Origin: Smithellaceae bacterium
GTDB lineage: Bacteria > Desulfobacterota > Syntrophia > Syntrophales > Smithellaceae
Reading direction: 5' to 3'
NCBI GenBank assembly: GCA_963667845.2
Contig: CAXXVL010000002.1
Coordinates: forward strand, 736,001 to 800,000
DNA: 64,000 nucleotides
Shown here piece by piece: positions 48,718 to 59,245 of the stretch (the first letter of the stretch is position 1; each line of letters starts with the position of its first letter). The translations under genes and the position numbers were made by a program. Under the pieces are notes generated by a model. That model was given only the letters and a program-made list of their open reading frames with translations. It did not search any database and was not told the DNA's origin.

Positions 48718-50079
48718 CTATTTTCTTAATTCCGCCGGTTTTTTGTAGCGCTTGGGGTCAACCCACTTGGCCACATAGGCTTCGTTTTCCGGACAGGACT
48801 CATGCAAATAGGCAATCTTCCCGCCCTGCTGGAACTGGACAATTAGCTGATAGTAATAGCCCGGATAAGTTTTCCACGGATCCTTCGGATTGACTCTCAT
48901 CCGTGAATGGAAGAAAGGTTTAATCTTCTGGGTTTCATATTTCACCTTTCCCAGAGAATAAACTGTTTCCACATCCTCCATAGCCTTGATTAGTTTCTTG
49001 ATGTCTCCGGTCCCTTTGGCTCTCTCAATAGCCGCCTTGAAATGATAGATATCCGCATACGCGATGTGAACGTGAATCTGCATGGGGATTTTTCGAGCGT
49101 GGGCTTTTTTTACAAGCGGTATGGTTTTGTCCGTCAGAGCAATATCATCAAGATCTGTGTAGGAACTGATGATACTCAATGCCTTGCCTCCCGTCATCTT
49201 CCAGTAATCCTGGGTCTGGGCAACGCCGCCGTAAAGGTTAACCTGAATGTCTTTAGCCGCGGAATCGGCCCACTGCTTGGCGAAAGATTCCGTGTCGGTA
49301 AACCAGGAACTGATATAAAAAATCAGATCGGCGTTTGATTTTTTGATATCCTGAAGAATCGGCAGATACATCGTGCCGCGGGGCTTCACCGCTTTGCTGT
49401 AAACAATTTCCAGGCCGCAATCTTTTGCCATTTTTTCCCAGGTCGGCAAATTGATATAACTGATGCCTTTGCGCCATTCCGTCGTCCAGGCCAGGTCTTC
49501 CCAGAGAAACGCAATCTTTCTGGCTTTTTCATATTCAGGAATCGTTTTGCAGAAGAAATATTTCTGTTGGGCGTAATGCGCCGGTTCCGGATCCCAATCG
49601 CGGAAGCAATGATCGTATTTCGGCGCTTCGTCGATGATCCGCGCCGTCAGTTCGGAACCCATCGGCCCGTTGAAAACCAGAATATGTGGATACTCTTTCG
49701 CCAGCATTCCGGATGCTTCCTGCACGGCCAGACAGATTTCCGACCGGCCTTCCACAGAAACAAACTTGGCCTTATCTTCAATGACCAGCTTGCGAAACGC
49801 CTCTACGGACAACGACGTGTCGCCTTTATTATCCATGACCACATACTTTACCGGTCGACCCAGAATACCGCCCATGGCGTTGACCTCTTCAACGGCCATC
49901 TTCTGGATGTCCATACAAGGCCGGGTACCGGGTGAGGCCACCATGCCGATGTAACCGATGACGAAGGGTTCGCCTTTTGGCTGTGCCCCTGAGATGGATG
50001 GTGCGCCGATTGCAATCGCAACCAGGAGCATCAATGCTGTAAAAACGACAATGTTAACACTTCTTGTTCGCTTCATCAT
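48718..50079 (-). CDS. ABC transporter substrate-binding protein (LivK/PBP1 type)
   Basis: Signal peptide; MAVEEVNAMGGILGRPV..D motif. Confidence 0.92.
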   Translation of the reverse strand: MMKRTRSVNIVVFTALMLLVAIAIGAPSISGAQPKGEPFVIGYIGMVASPGTRPCMDIQKMAVEEVNAMGGILGRPVKYVVMDNKGDTSLSVEAFRKLVIEDKAKFVSVEGRSEICLAVQEASGMLAKEYPHILVFNGPMGSELTARIIDEAPKYDHCFRDWDPEPAHYAQQKYFFCKTIPEYEKARKIAFLWEDLAWTTEWRKGISYINLPTWEKMAKDCGLEIVYSKAVKPRGTMYLPILQDIKKSNADLIFYISSWFTDTESFAKQWADSAAKDIQVNLYGGVAQTQDYWKMTGGKALSIISSYTDLDDIALTDKTIPLVKKAHARKIPMQIHVHIAYADIYHFKAAIERAKGTGDIKKLIKAMEDVETVYSLGKVKYETQKIKPFFHSRMRVNPKDPWKTYPGYYYQLIVQFQQGGKIAYLHESCPENEAYVAKWVDPKRYKKPAELRK

Positions 50080-50149
50080 TTCCCCTCCTCCTCAAAAAAA
50101 AGACTTTAAAAATTTTCTGATCAAATTTCTGCCGAATATTTGATCCCCC

Positions 50150-51472
50150 CTAATCTTTCAGATACTTATTCCGGACATAGTCATTGTCCTTGCCGATCTC
50201 ACTCGACACCCATTTGACCCGCGGAGGCGATTCGGACATTTTTACAAAATTGGCGCTGATCGTGTATTTACCCAGTTTTTCATCCTCCACTTCCTGAAAG
50301 GCCTTGCGGATCTGCCATTGTTTATTGCCCATGGCCTCCTCCGGCGTCATGAGCTTCATAACAATGGGAACACCGCCACCCCGCCATTTGGACCGGGCCG
50401 ACCTTTTGCTGTAATTCAAAGCCATCTTAACCAGCTCGTCGCTGGTGAATTGAAGCGTCTTTTCCTCGATGATTTTATGCAGGTGAATGGCCTGCTCCAG
50501 AATATCGGGAATACGATCCGACGAATAGCGCCAATCATCTTCTTGTTCCCAGAGACCAAGGATTTTTAAGAGCGCGCGAAAGTCATGATCACGGGGAGCG
50601 GCAATGGCCACAAAGCCGTCTTTGCATTTCCAGTGTCCATAGGGATACAGGATGAAATCCAGGACGCCGATACGCGGACGGGCTTTTTCCCAGGTAAAAC
50701 CGATGGTGGCCGGCATGCCGACCATGGAAGAATAGGCGTCCATACCGGCTACGTCAACCATCTGACCCTGGCCGGTATTTTGCCGGTGGATCAGGGCGAC
50801 CGTACCGCCGAGAGCTGCGGAAAGCCCCGAAATATACCACCCCGCCCACATACCGCCTCGGAGCGGCCAGTTTAAAGGTTCGGGTTCATTAGGCAGCCCG
50901 CCCATCTGCGCGGGCAGACCTGATCCCGCCTGTGATGTGATATCCGTATCAGGCATTTTTGCGGACTCTTTGGCTTTATCCGTGTATTGCCCGTAAGCGG
51001 AAAGAGCGATATAAATCAGCCCCGGATTGGTCTGGCTCAGTTGACGGTAACCGATTCCCCAGCCGTCCATCTCGCCGGGCGCGAAGCTTTCAATCACCAC
51101 CGCGGCCCTCTGGGCAAGCTTCGCAAATATTTTCCGGTCTTCAGGATTGTTTTTAATGTCCAGCGTCATATACCGCTTATTGCGGCCTTCAAACATGAAA
51201 GGAATTCCCACACCCTGGACCGTGACCCCGAAAGGGGTAATCTGTCGCGCCGGATCACCTGCTGCGGGCTCAATCTTAATGACCTCCGCTCCAAACTCGG
51301 CAAAGAAACTCGCGGCGATAATGCCCGCAAAGCTCGCCGAACTGACATCGAGCACGAGAATGTCGTCGAGCACTTCCGGTTTGCCTTCGGCATTCATGAT
51401 TTCGGCCAGGATTTTCCCCCGGTCACTGCCCTTGGCGGCGTGTCGAGTATAAATTTCTTCCTTCGGGCTCAT
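50150..51472 (-). CDS. Class III (CaiB/BaiF) CoA-transferase subunit, probably non-catalytic
   Basis: FGAEVIKIEP..GD, RNKR, VVIESF, GIGY; Trp at the catalytic Asp position (WAGWY). Confidence 0.9.
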   Translation of the reverse strand: MSPKEEIYTRHAAKGSDRGKILAEIMNAEGKPEVLDDILVLDVSSASFAGIIAASFFAEFGAEVIKIEPAAGDPARQITPFGVTVQGVGIPFMFEGRNKRYMTLDIKNNPEDRKIFAKLAQRAAVVIESFAPGEMDGWGIGYRQLSQTNPGLIYIALSAYGQYTDKAKESAKMPDTDITSQAGSGLPAQMGGLPNEPEPLNWPLRGGMWAGWYISGLSAALGGTVALIHRQNTGQGQMVDVAGMDAYSSMVGMPATIGFTWEKARPRIGVLDFILYPYGHWKCKDGFVAIAAPRDHDFRALLKILGLWEQEDDWRYSSDRIPDILEQAIHLHKIIEEKTLQFTSDELVKMALNYSKRSARSKWRGGGVPIVMKLMTPEEAMGNKQWQIRKAFQEVEDEKLGKYTISANFVKMSESPPRVKWVSSEIGKDNDYVRNKYLKD

Positions 51473-52824
51473 TTTCCAACCTCTTTTCCGTAGTTATAGA
51501 TGGGATCCTCACTCAGATTATAATAGACGGGCGGTTTCAATCCCGGCCTGTCGTCAAATGTTCCGACGACTTTTTTCTTTTCCAGCTCCTTGATTTGCTC
51601 TTCCGACAACCCCAGAAATTTCTTAAGTACAAGCCGGTTATGATAACCGAGCGGCCGCGCCAGCCATTTGGTGCGCGCCGGCGTTCCGGAAAGCTGAGCG
51701 GATGGCCCGGCAATAACCAGGTTGCCGTACACATCGTCTTTAAAAAGAATGACACTTCCCCTTTTTCGCCGCCATTCCTCATTGGCAATCATGAAGTCGT
51801 CGGCCACTTCGGCTGCAGGGAACCCCCATTCGTCAGCCAGTTTAACGATATCGGCGCAGGACTTTGACTTGACCCAGTCGACCGTCAATGCAGTCAATGC
51901 TTTGGCGTTGTCCGGCTTCAATCTTTCCAGTGTATCCGTAAAGCGGGGATCGGAGGCGAGTTCTGCCTTACCGATAGCTTCGGCAAAAGTCTTAAACTGG
52001 CCGGATGTCGCACAGGCCAGAGCCAGAAATTTGTCATCTGCGGTTTTGAAAATGGAGGCCGGCATCATTGTAGGGTCTGTATTTCCTGTTCGCCCGATAG
52101 CTTCCTTCGTCACTGAATTATAAGTATAATTAAACAACATGCGCATCAGGCCTTCTGTTTGAGCCATATCAATATACTGCCCCTTACCGGTTTTCTTCCG
52201 GTGATAGAGGGCCATTAACACAGCCAGCGCCCCGAAATTGCCGGGAACAAAATCCCCGACATAATCCGGCAGCTTGTAATAAATATCCGTATTAGGATAG
52301 CCGTTTAAGGTCAACACACCACTGGCTCCCTGGGCCAGGAGATCCCAGCCGGGGAAATAACGCATCGGACCAAACTGGCCGTATGTGGAGCAGCTCAGGA
52401 AAACGATTTTCGGATTAATCTTCGATATCTTTTCATACCCGATGCCCCATGCGTCCGCTGTACCGGGCGCGAAGTTTTCAATGACGACGTCCGCTTCTTC
52501 GGCCATTTTATAGATAAGGTCCTTGGACTCTTTCAACTGAAGATTGACCGAAAGAAAATACTTATTTTTAGTGATGTTGTGCCAGATCGGATTGGAATGT
52601 TTCCAGTATTTTCCCCAATAGGTCGCCGGCCGCCACAGATCGCCGTAAAAGGGCAACTCTAATTTTATCACTTCCGCCCCGTAATCCGCCAGAAGCCGTG
52701 CGGCAATCGGTCCGAAGATCACGTGAGAAAAATCCAGCACCCGAACACCCTTGAGCGCTTCGGGTTTTTGGCTTGCTTCGTCGGGATTGAACAGTTTTGC
52801 CGTATAAGAAAAATAATCTTCCAT
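51469..52824 (-). CDS. Class III (CaiB/BaiF) CoA-transferase, catalytic subunit
   Basis: LKGVRVLDF, YGAEVIK, DVVIENF, YGQFGP, catalytic Asp in YVGDF, TGKGQYID. Confidence 0.93.
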   Translation of the reverse strand: MEDYFSYTAKLFNPDEASQKPEALKGVRVLDFSHVIFGPIAARLLADYGAEVIKLELPFYGDLWRPATYWGKYWKHSNPIWHNITKNKYFLSVNLQLKESKDLIYKMAEEADVVIENFAPGTADAWGIGYEKISKINPKIVFLSCSTYGQFGPMRYFPGWDLLAQGASGVLTLNGYPNTDIYYKLPDYVGDFVPGNFGALAVLMALYHRKKTGKGQYIDMAQTEGLMRMLFNYTYNSVTKEAIGRTGNTDPTMMPASIFKTADDKFLALACATSGQFKTFAEAIGKAELASDPRFTDTLERLKPDNAKALTALTVDWVKSKSCADIVKLADEWGFPAAEVADDFMIANEEWRRKRGSVILFKDDVYGNLVIAGPSAQLSGTPARTKWLARPLGYHNRLVLKKFLGLSEEQIKELEKKKVVGTFDDRPGLKPPVYYNLSEDPIYNYGKEVGK

Positions 52825-52826
52825 TG

Positions 52827-53531
52827 CTATCTCCCTAAATATGCCTTTTTCACCAGATTGTTCTTCATGAGATCCTTACCGGTTCCTTCGATAACGATTC
52901 TTCCTTCCTGAATAATATAACCCCGGTCGGCCAGCTGCAGGGCACGCAGGGCATTTTGTTCCGTCAGTAAAATCGTGAGTCCTGTTTCCCGAAGTTTGCC
53001 GAGAGTTTCATAAACGCTGTCGACGATGAGCGGCGCCAGACCAATCGAAGGTTCGTCAACCATTAAAAGATGGGGGATGGCCATCAGTCCCCGGCCAATC
53101 TTCAACATCTGCTGCTCGCCGCCGGAAAGCAGACGCGCCGACATGTTCGATCTTTCCTTTAAGATAGGGAAAAGGCTGAAAACATATTCCAGTGTCTGCT
53201 TTCTTTTGGACCAGGATGCTTTCCGGTAAGCCCCGAGCAAAAGATTTTCCCTCACGGTCATATAGGGAAAACTTTTCATGCCCTCGGGGACTTGCACAAT
53301 GCCGCGATTCACAATTTTATGCGATGGCAGACCCTGAATGGCTTCATCGCGAAAAAGTATCCTGCCGCTGGTAGGCTTCATCATGCCCTGAATTGAATTC
53401 AGAATCGAACTCTTCCCGGTGCCGTTGGACCCCAGGATGGTCACGATTTCTGATTGGCGGACATTGAAACTGACTCCATTCAACGCCGGAATAACGCCAT
53501 AAGACGCACTCAGATCACTTACTTCAAGCAT
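52827..53531 (-). CDS. livF: LivF-type ABC ATPase
   Basis: GSNGTGKS, VPEG, LSGGEQQM, DEPS, EQN. Confidence 0.9.
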   Translation of the reverse strand: MLEVSDLSASYGVIPALNGVSFNVRQSEIVTILGSNGTGKSSILNSIQGMMKPTSGRILFRDEAIQGLPSHKIVNRGIVQVPEGMKSFPYMTVRENLLLGAYRKASWSKRKQTLEYVFSLFPILKERSNMSARLLSGGEQQMLKIGRGLMAIPHLLMVDEPSIGLAPLIVDSVYETLGKLRETGLTILLTEQNALRALQLADRGYIIQEGRIVIEGTGKDLMKNNLVKKAYLGR

Positions 53532-54270
53532 ATTCCCTCCAACCTCTCCCCAGATACGCTTCAATCACATCATCATTATTAACCACTTCATCCGGTGTGC
53601 CCTCCGCCAGTTTGGCGCCATAGTTGATCGCGACAATCCGGTCGGCCGCTTCCATCAGAACCGCCATCACATGTTCAATCCAGAAGACGGTGATGCCGAA
53701 CTCTTCTTTGGCTTTGCGAATCATCTTGATGGCGTTTTTGGCTTCGCCGGGATTGAGGCCGGCCATAACTTCATCAATAAACAGCAATTGAGGCGTCGTC
53801 GCCAGAGCCCGGGCCAACTCCAGCATTCTCAGTTCGTAAAACGTCAAGTCTCGCGCCAGAATATTGCGTTTGCTGAAAAGACCTACAAATTCCAGGTAGT
53901 GAGTCGCATCATACATCGCATCCTGAAAACTCTGATTGATCCTTTTTTTCCCGGAAATGGAACTGGCCAAAACACTGGTCAGCGCCGTTAGTTCCGGGAA
54001 AGGACGCGGAATCTGATAAGTCCGGGCAAGCCCCAAATGCGCTCTTTGATGAGGCTTCATATGCGTGATGTCCACGCCGTTCATTTCAATTTTTCCGGAC
54101 GTAGCGGGAAAGTAGCCTGTCAGGCAGTTGACCACCGTGGATTTACCGGCGCCGTTGGGACCGATAAATCCCAGCGTTTCCCCTTTATGAATTTCAAAGG
54201 ATACATCGTTGACTGCCACGATCCCTCCGAAACGTTTGACCAGATTGCTTACCTTAAGTAATGGCGCCAT
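53524..54270 (-). CDS. livG: LivG-type ABC ATPase
   Basis: GPNGAGKS, RTYQ, DEVMAGL, IEH, AYLG. Confidence 0.9.
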   Translation of the reverse strand: MAPLLKVSNLVKRFGGIVAVNDVSFEIHKGETLGFIGPNGAGKSTVVNCLTGYFPATSGKIEMNGVDITHMKPHQRAHLGLARTYQIPRPFPELTALTSVLASSISGKKRINQSFQDAMYDATHYLEFVGLFSKRNILARDLTFYELRMLELARALATTPQLLFIDEVMAGLNPGEAKNAIKMIRKAKEEFGITVFWIEHVMAVLMEAADRIVAINYGAKLAEGTPDEVVNNDDVIEAYLGRGWREYA

Positions 54271-54276
54271 AGCATC

Positions 54277-55317
54277 TTACCTCCGCACATGAATGGTTGG
54301 TAAATATTCGCGATAACGGCGCTTCCGATACAGACCGAATAAACCTTCCGGGAGAACGAACAGCAGAACCAGCAGAATAATGGGGAAGAGCAGCGGTTGG
54401 ATCGGCCCCATAAACCGAATCATCAGCATTTCCAGGAAGGAAACAAAGTAACCGCCGACCACGCAGCCGAAGATCTGGGCACGTCCGCCGATCATCAGCA
54501 CCAGCAGAACCTTCAGCATAAACGTCAGCGGCAAATACGTTTGGCCGGCAAATGAACTGAAGTAATGAGCGTAAAACCATCCGATGATGCCAACCATCGT
54601 CGCGGCGACAACGAAGGCGATAATTTTGACCTTGCTGATATTGATGCCGATGGAATGGGCAACGTCTTCATCATCGTTAATTGCCGCCATAATAAGTCCA
54701 TAGCGGGATTTGAGAATTTTATTGATGATCCACAGATAGGCGAACATGATCACCGTGGAAATATAGCCGATAATGAGAAAATTATTTTTGGCGTTACCGG
54801 TATCCAGGAGCGGTACTATGCCGAACAAGCCGGTATCCCCTTTGAAAATATCGGTATAGATGAAGGTCACCTCCAGGAAAACCAGCGGCAACAGCAGTGA
54901 GAGAAGAACATAGTAAAGACCCCGCGCCATGATGACCAGCGGACTGAACATAAGGGCCGCGATCACCGACATCAGGATGGCAAAAGGCAACGTTGTCAGA
55001 GGTCCCCATCCATAGGCGATGCTCAAGAGCGCCGCCGTATAGCCTCCCACGCCGATGTAAAATTGGGGCCCGAAGTTCATGCGTCCCGTACCGATGGTCA
55101 TCAGCGCCAAGGGCATTGCAATGGCGGCATAAAGATTGGCTGAAATCATCGTATTGATCAAGCCGGGGCTGATGAAGTAGGATATCGTCGGAAAGAGGAA
55201 AAGGACGACGGCCCAGATCAGCGTGTTGCGCCAGTAGCGCGGCTCAAGAACCCATTCCCACTTATTTGTTCCCAACCTGATAACAATTCGGTCTCTCTTT
55301 AATTCCATTTCTACCAT
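54277..55317 (-). CDS. livM: LivM-type ABC permease
   Basis: Multi-TM; SRYGLIMAAINDDEDVAHSIGIN. Confidence 0.88.
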   Translation of the reverse strand: MVEMELKRDRIVIRLGTNKWEWVLEPRYWRNTLIWAVVLFLFPTISYFISPGLINTMISANLYAAIAMPLALMTIGTGRMNFGPQFYIGVGGYTAALLSIAYGWGPLTTLPFAILMSVIAALMFSPLVIMARGLYYVLLSLLLPLVFLEVTFIYTDIFKGDTGLFGIVPLLDTGNAKNNFLIIGYISTVIMFAYLWIINKILKSRYGLIMAAINDDEDVAHSIGINISKVKIIAFVVAATMVGIIGWFYAHYFSSFAGQTYLPLTFMLKVLLVLMIGGRAQIFGCVVGGYFVSFLEMLMIRFMGPIQPLLFPIILLVLLFVLPEGLFGLYRKRRYREYLPTIHVRR

Positions 55318-56186
55318 AACGACTCACTCCTTGCTAATCCCTGGGGTCGAATAACTAAAATAACCATGACCAGAATCAATGCCGATAAATTCATAAAGCG
55401 CGGCTCTCCAATGACGTTGCAGGCGATGGCATGGGTAAACCCGATTAAGAAACTGGCCATAATCGTCCCTTTAATGTTCCCCAATCCGCCTAAAACCGCG
55501 ACAAGAATGGCGGTAGTCATATACGACCAGCCCATGATCGGACTGACTTCCAGGACCGGCGCGACAAGAAGCATCCCGATGATGACGGGCAAAAGAACGA
55601 TCATCATCGTAAAAGCATAGAGCGTCTCGACATTGATGCCGACAATTTTCGATGAATAAATATCCTGAGACAAAGCCCGGATGGCCATTCCGGTTTTTGT
55701 TTTGACGAAAAAGAAAACGAAGGCGCCGGTCATCGCAAGACCGATTAAGGCGCTGATCATCAGCTGCTTGGGAATGACCACCTCTCCGATTTGAAAGGTG
55801 CCGTCCATCAGTGTGGTGTCCAGATAGACGCCCGCCTGAATCGGATAGAAATAATTGGCCGCCTGCTCCACAATCAGCGCTACGAGGAGCAGCGCTGTCA
55901 GAAGAACGTCCTCAGTATACATGTATTTCTTAATCATCCCCTTGTAAATGAGAATGGAGACAATAAATTGGATGGCGACCATCCCTAAAATGGACGGGAT
56001 CAGGGGCCAATCGAGAGCCGACATGAACATCCAGGTGCCGTAAACCGTCAGTGGAAAAATATAGGCGTATCCGAGATGGAAGATTCTAAGCACCCCACAG
56101 ATCAGAGAAAAGCCAAGTGAAATCAAAAGATAAATTGAACCCAACACAAAAGTATAAACGATAACCGTCTGAATGTAAGTCCACAT
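55311..56186 (-). CDS. livH: LivH-type ABC permease
   Basis: LISLGFSLICGV, TKTGMAIRA, VLGGLG. Confidence 0.88.
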   Translation of the reverse strand: MWTYIQTVIVYTFVLGSIYLLISLGFSLICGVLRIFHLGYAYIFPLTVYGTWMFMSALDWPLIPSILGMVAIQFIVSILIYKGMIKKYMYTEDVLLTALLLVALIVEQAANYFYPIQAGVYLDTTLMDGTFQIGEVVIPKQLMISALIGLAMTGAFVFFFVKTKTGMAIRALSQDIYSSKIVGINVETLYAFTMMIVLLPVIIGMLLVAPVLEVSPIMGWSYMTTAILVAVLGGLGNIKGTIMASFLIGFTHAIACNVIGEPRFMNLSALILVMVILVIRPQGLARSESLW

Positions 56187-56921
56187 GCCCTTTCACCCTC
56201 TATGAATAGATCTAAAATTTTTTCAAAACAACGATCATAAAAAAGTCCCCGGATTGATCGGGAACCACTTCTTGCGCTTTGATCAGCGCCGGATGATCTG
56301 GCATCCGGCATGCCGGGTAAAGACACAAAGAACAACCGGACCGGCACACAGCCGGTACAATTGTTGTCGAAAAAATTGTGGAATCAGATTTTTATAAGCC
56401 TTGAAAAGTTGAAAATGTTCTTCTGCAGGAAATGTATTGTTGATTGACGCTGAACCCGGACGGGTATCAAGCGGAATGATGCGTGTATGGGTGATACATT
56501 GTGTTGGAAAGTACGCCGCGAACACAAGACCTCCAAAGCTTCCAGATTTTGAATCTGTTCCATCTTCAGGATGACCGTGTGGCAAAAAATTCCAGACGTC
56601 GGCTCCCAATGATTATGCGTTTTTCAGCTGCTTTGAAACGGTTCACATTCAACGCCCGCATTCTCTTTGAAAAATGCGAAGTGGCTTACTTATTAGGTCA
56701 TGATGATTATTTTGTCAACGAAAAATTTTTATTTCTTCCAAAGTGACGCTATTTCAAATAACTCCCTTCTTCACGGCCATCTTCTTACGACGATCTTTTT
56801 TGGCAGACGCCTCTGCGACTCGCTGATTTTTTCCCATCCAACAAGACGGAACGGGGGATTGCGTGAGACGACGCCGGGATCCCTGCAGTGACTATCCGCT
56901 GCATTAGCATTTTCTGGATGA

Positions 56922-58079
56922 TTAACGGATCAAGAGGCTGCGTACGGCTTCTACGGCCGTGTCCACGTCCTGATTTGTATTGAAATATCCAAAACTAAAG
57001 CGAATGGCTCCCCCGGGGAACGTCCCCAGAGTTCGGTGGGCGGATGGTGCGCAATGAAGGCCGGCCCGGCACAGGATGCCGTAACGTTCTTCAAAATGCA
57101 GGGCCGCATCCGATGCTGAAATACCGGCCATGTTAAAAGACACGACGGCGGTTTGCTTGAAAACATCGTTCGGACCGTAAATCTTAACAGGACCCGACAT
57201 ATCAGCCATTTGGCTGAGAAAACGTGCCGTAAGCTTTTCTTCCACGGCTCGGATGCCTTCCACCGCTCGCTCCAGAACGAAGCTCACCCCGGCATACAGA
57301 CCCGCACACCCGACCGTATTGGGCGTACCGCTTTCATATTTGTCCGGCATAAAATCCGGTTGCGCTTCGAATTCGGAGCGGCTGCCCGTCCCGCCAGTCA
57401 TCAGCGGGTCGATTATTTTTTCGAGTCCCTTGCGGATATAGAGCCCGCCGGTGCCCTGAGGGCCGAAGAGCGATTTATGACCCGTGAAAGCCAGGAGATC
57501 GATTGCCGCCTTTCGTACATCAATCGGCACGACTCCGGCCGTCTGAGCGGCATCGACACAAAAAAGAATATCGCCCTTTTCCTTGACCAGAGAGCCTATG
57601 GCTTCAATCGGCATGATAGTGCCGGTCACATTGGACGCGTGTGTCAGGATAACCATTTTTGTGTTGTGTCGCAGATATTGCCGGATGTCACCGGGATCCA
57701 GCTCGCCTCGAGGTGAGCAGGGAATCAGCGAGAGTTCCACGCCCTGTGATTCCAGCCATCGCAGCGGCCGCATCACGGAATTGTGCTCCATGGAACTGGT
57801 AATAACATGGTCTCCCGGCTTGATCGCCCCTCTCAGGACGATGTTGAGTGCCTCCGTAGAATTTTTTGTCAATACGATTCGCAGCGGATCACCGATGCGG
57901 AACAACCGCGACAAAATTTCACGCGTTTCATAAACAATACGGCCAGCGTCAATAGAACGGCCGTGGCCGGAACGGCCCGGAGACGCACCGATCGTCTGTT
58001 GATAATTGATCATTGCTGACAATACGTTATCTGGTTTGGGAAATGATGTTGCGGCATTATCGAGATAAACTGTTTTCAT
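56922..58079 (-). CDS. Class V aminotransferase, cysteine desulfurase / selenocysteine lyase family
   Basis: YLDNAATSFPKP, MEHNS, DAAQ, FTGHK (PLP Lys), RAGLHCA (catalytic Cys, SufS-type). Confidence 0.93.
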   Translation of the reverse strand: MKTVYLDNAATSFPKPDNVLSAMINYQQTIGASPGRSGHGRSIDAGRIVYETREILSRLFRIGDPLRIVLTKNSTEALNIVLRGAIKPGDHVITSSMEHNSVMRPLRWLESQGVELSLIPCSPRGELDPGDIRQYLRHNTKMVILTHASNVTGTIMPIEAIGSLVKEKGDILFCVDAAQTAGVVPIDVRKAAIDLLAFTGHKSLFGPQGTGGLYIRKGLEKIIDPLMTGGTGSRSEFEAQPDFMPDKYESGTPNTVGCAGLYAGVSFVLERAVEGIRAVEEKLTARFLSQMADMSGPVKIYGPNDVFKQTAVVSFNMAGISASDAALHFEERYGILCRAGLHCAPSAHRTLGTFPGGAIRFSFGYFNTNQDVDTAVEAVRSLLIR

Positions 58080-58560
58080 GTGCTTTTTCCTTGACCGCGC
58101 AAAACCAGCACTTGGTTGCCAGCGGGGTTCCATACTAAGCAAAGAAACGATCCGTTGGCAATAGTTATCAACTCCATTCCGCAAAGTGACGGGTGAAGCG
58201 GTGATTCGGAAGTCGCGTACGTTTTGCCGTCATCGGCTGAGTAGCCGGCTTTTATCTGCCATCCCGACAAAAGGTCGACCCTAGCGGGTGCATCGGGTTA
58301 TGTTCAAACCGAACATTGGCCGGATTTGCCGAAATAGCCCCTGGGGCCGTTAAAGAAAAGGCGTGACGGCGTCCCAAAGCACCTTTCACTTCCAGAGTGT
58401 CCGCGCAATAATCTCTCCTTACGTCAATACTTATTTCTCTTGAGAAGCGGGATAGCCCGCTCCATCCCGTGCTTTGATTTCTTTCGGATGATCCCGGCTT
58501 TTGATTGATCCCCCAAATTCCTCACGACGAATTCTTTTTTTGCAACGAAGCCAGACGTAT
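58076..58560 (-). pseudogene. Possible decayed BNR/Asp-box (sialidase-like) gene
   Basis: YSADDGKTY Asp-box-like motif followed by ITIANG..LVWNP; upstream fragments FGGSIK and DG..P.S.E are broken by stops and frameshifts. Confidence 0.35.
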
Positions 58561-59245
58561 ACCTTCTCGTTCCTGCACTGCCCTTCATTATGAAGTATCC
58601 GGAAATTAGCTGAAAAGCTAACAGATGTCCGGATGAAGAACAAATTAAGAAGAATAGCTGGCCGTCGGGGATTATAACTTAACAGGATATTCCGTAACAA
58701 ACATTACGAGCGAAAAGATTCACGTCCTGAATTGTTCACATGTCGCGATATTTGTCAGCTGGCAAGCTCGTGCTCGATCGATTTTCAGGAATCCTGCCCC
58801 TTCATGGTCTCGGTAGGATTGAAATGCGAAATATTTCTTGACAAGTCCTTCCCGCTAAATATAGAACAATCAACGTTCGTTGTATGAAATAATTCTTTAT
58901 CACTGATGACGGGATGATATTCCATGTTGGATCTGCATCATTGCCAAACGTGCTGAATTTGCGGAAGGGCGAATCTATTTGATTTACCGATCGCTTTGAC
59001 ACTCTCCAGCCCGGATCGCTTATATCCCGCAGATAAGGTTTCCCTGCAGACCCAGCGGAATGCGACAAGATCATCCAGAGGACTTGCAGGCTAAAATTTG
59101 TTTCAGAAGTCGATAATTGTGAGGCAATTATTTCAATCAGTCTTACTCCGGTTCACCGGTGGCATAGTATGGAGTTAACCAGCCGCGTCTCGAAGACATT
59201 ATTATTTTGGGACCGGCAATGATTAGCAAAGAAAGGGGATATGAA

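Noticed and set aside
56298..56313. Sigma54-like GG-N10-GC site
   Set aside because: On the plus strand with no downstream plus-strand gene; weak -12 element.
56922..58079. Selenium-utilisation island linking this desulfurase and the LysR at 8248
   Set aside because: The genes are about 48 kb apart; no selD, yedE/yedF or in-frame UGA selenoprotein was seen.
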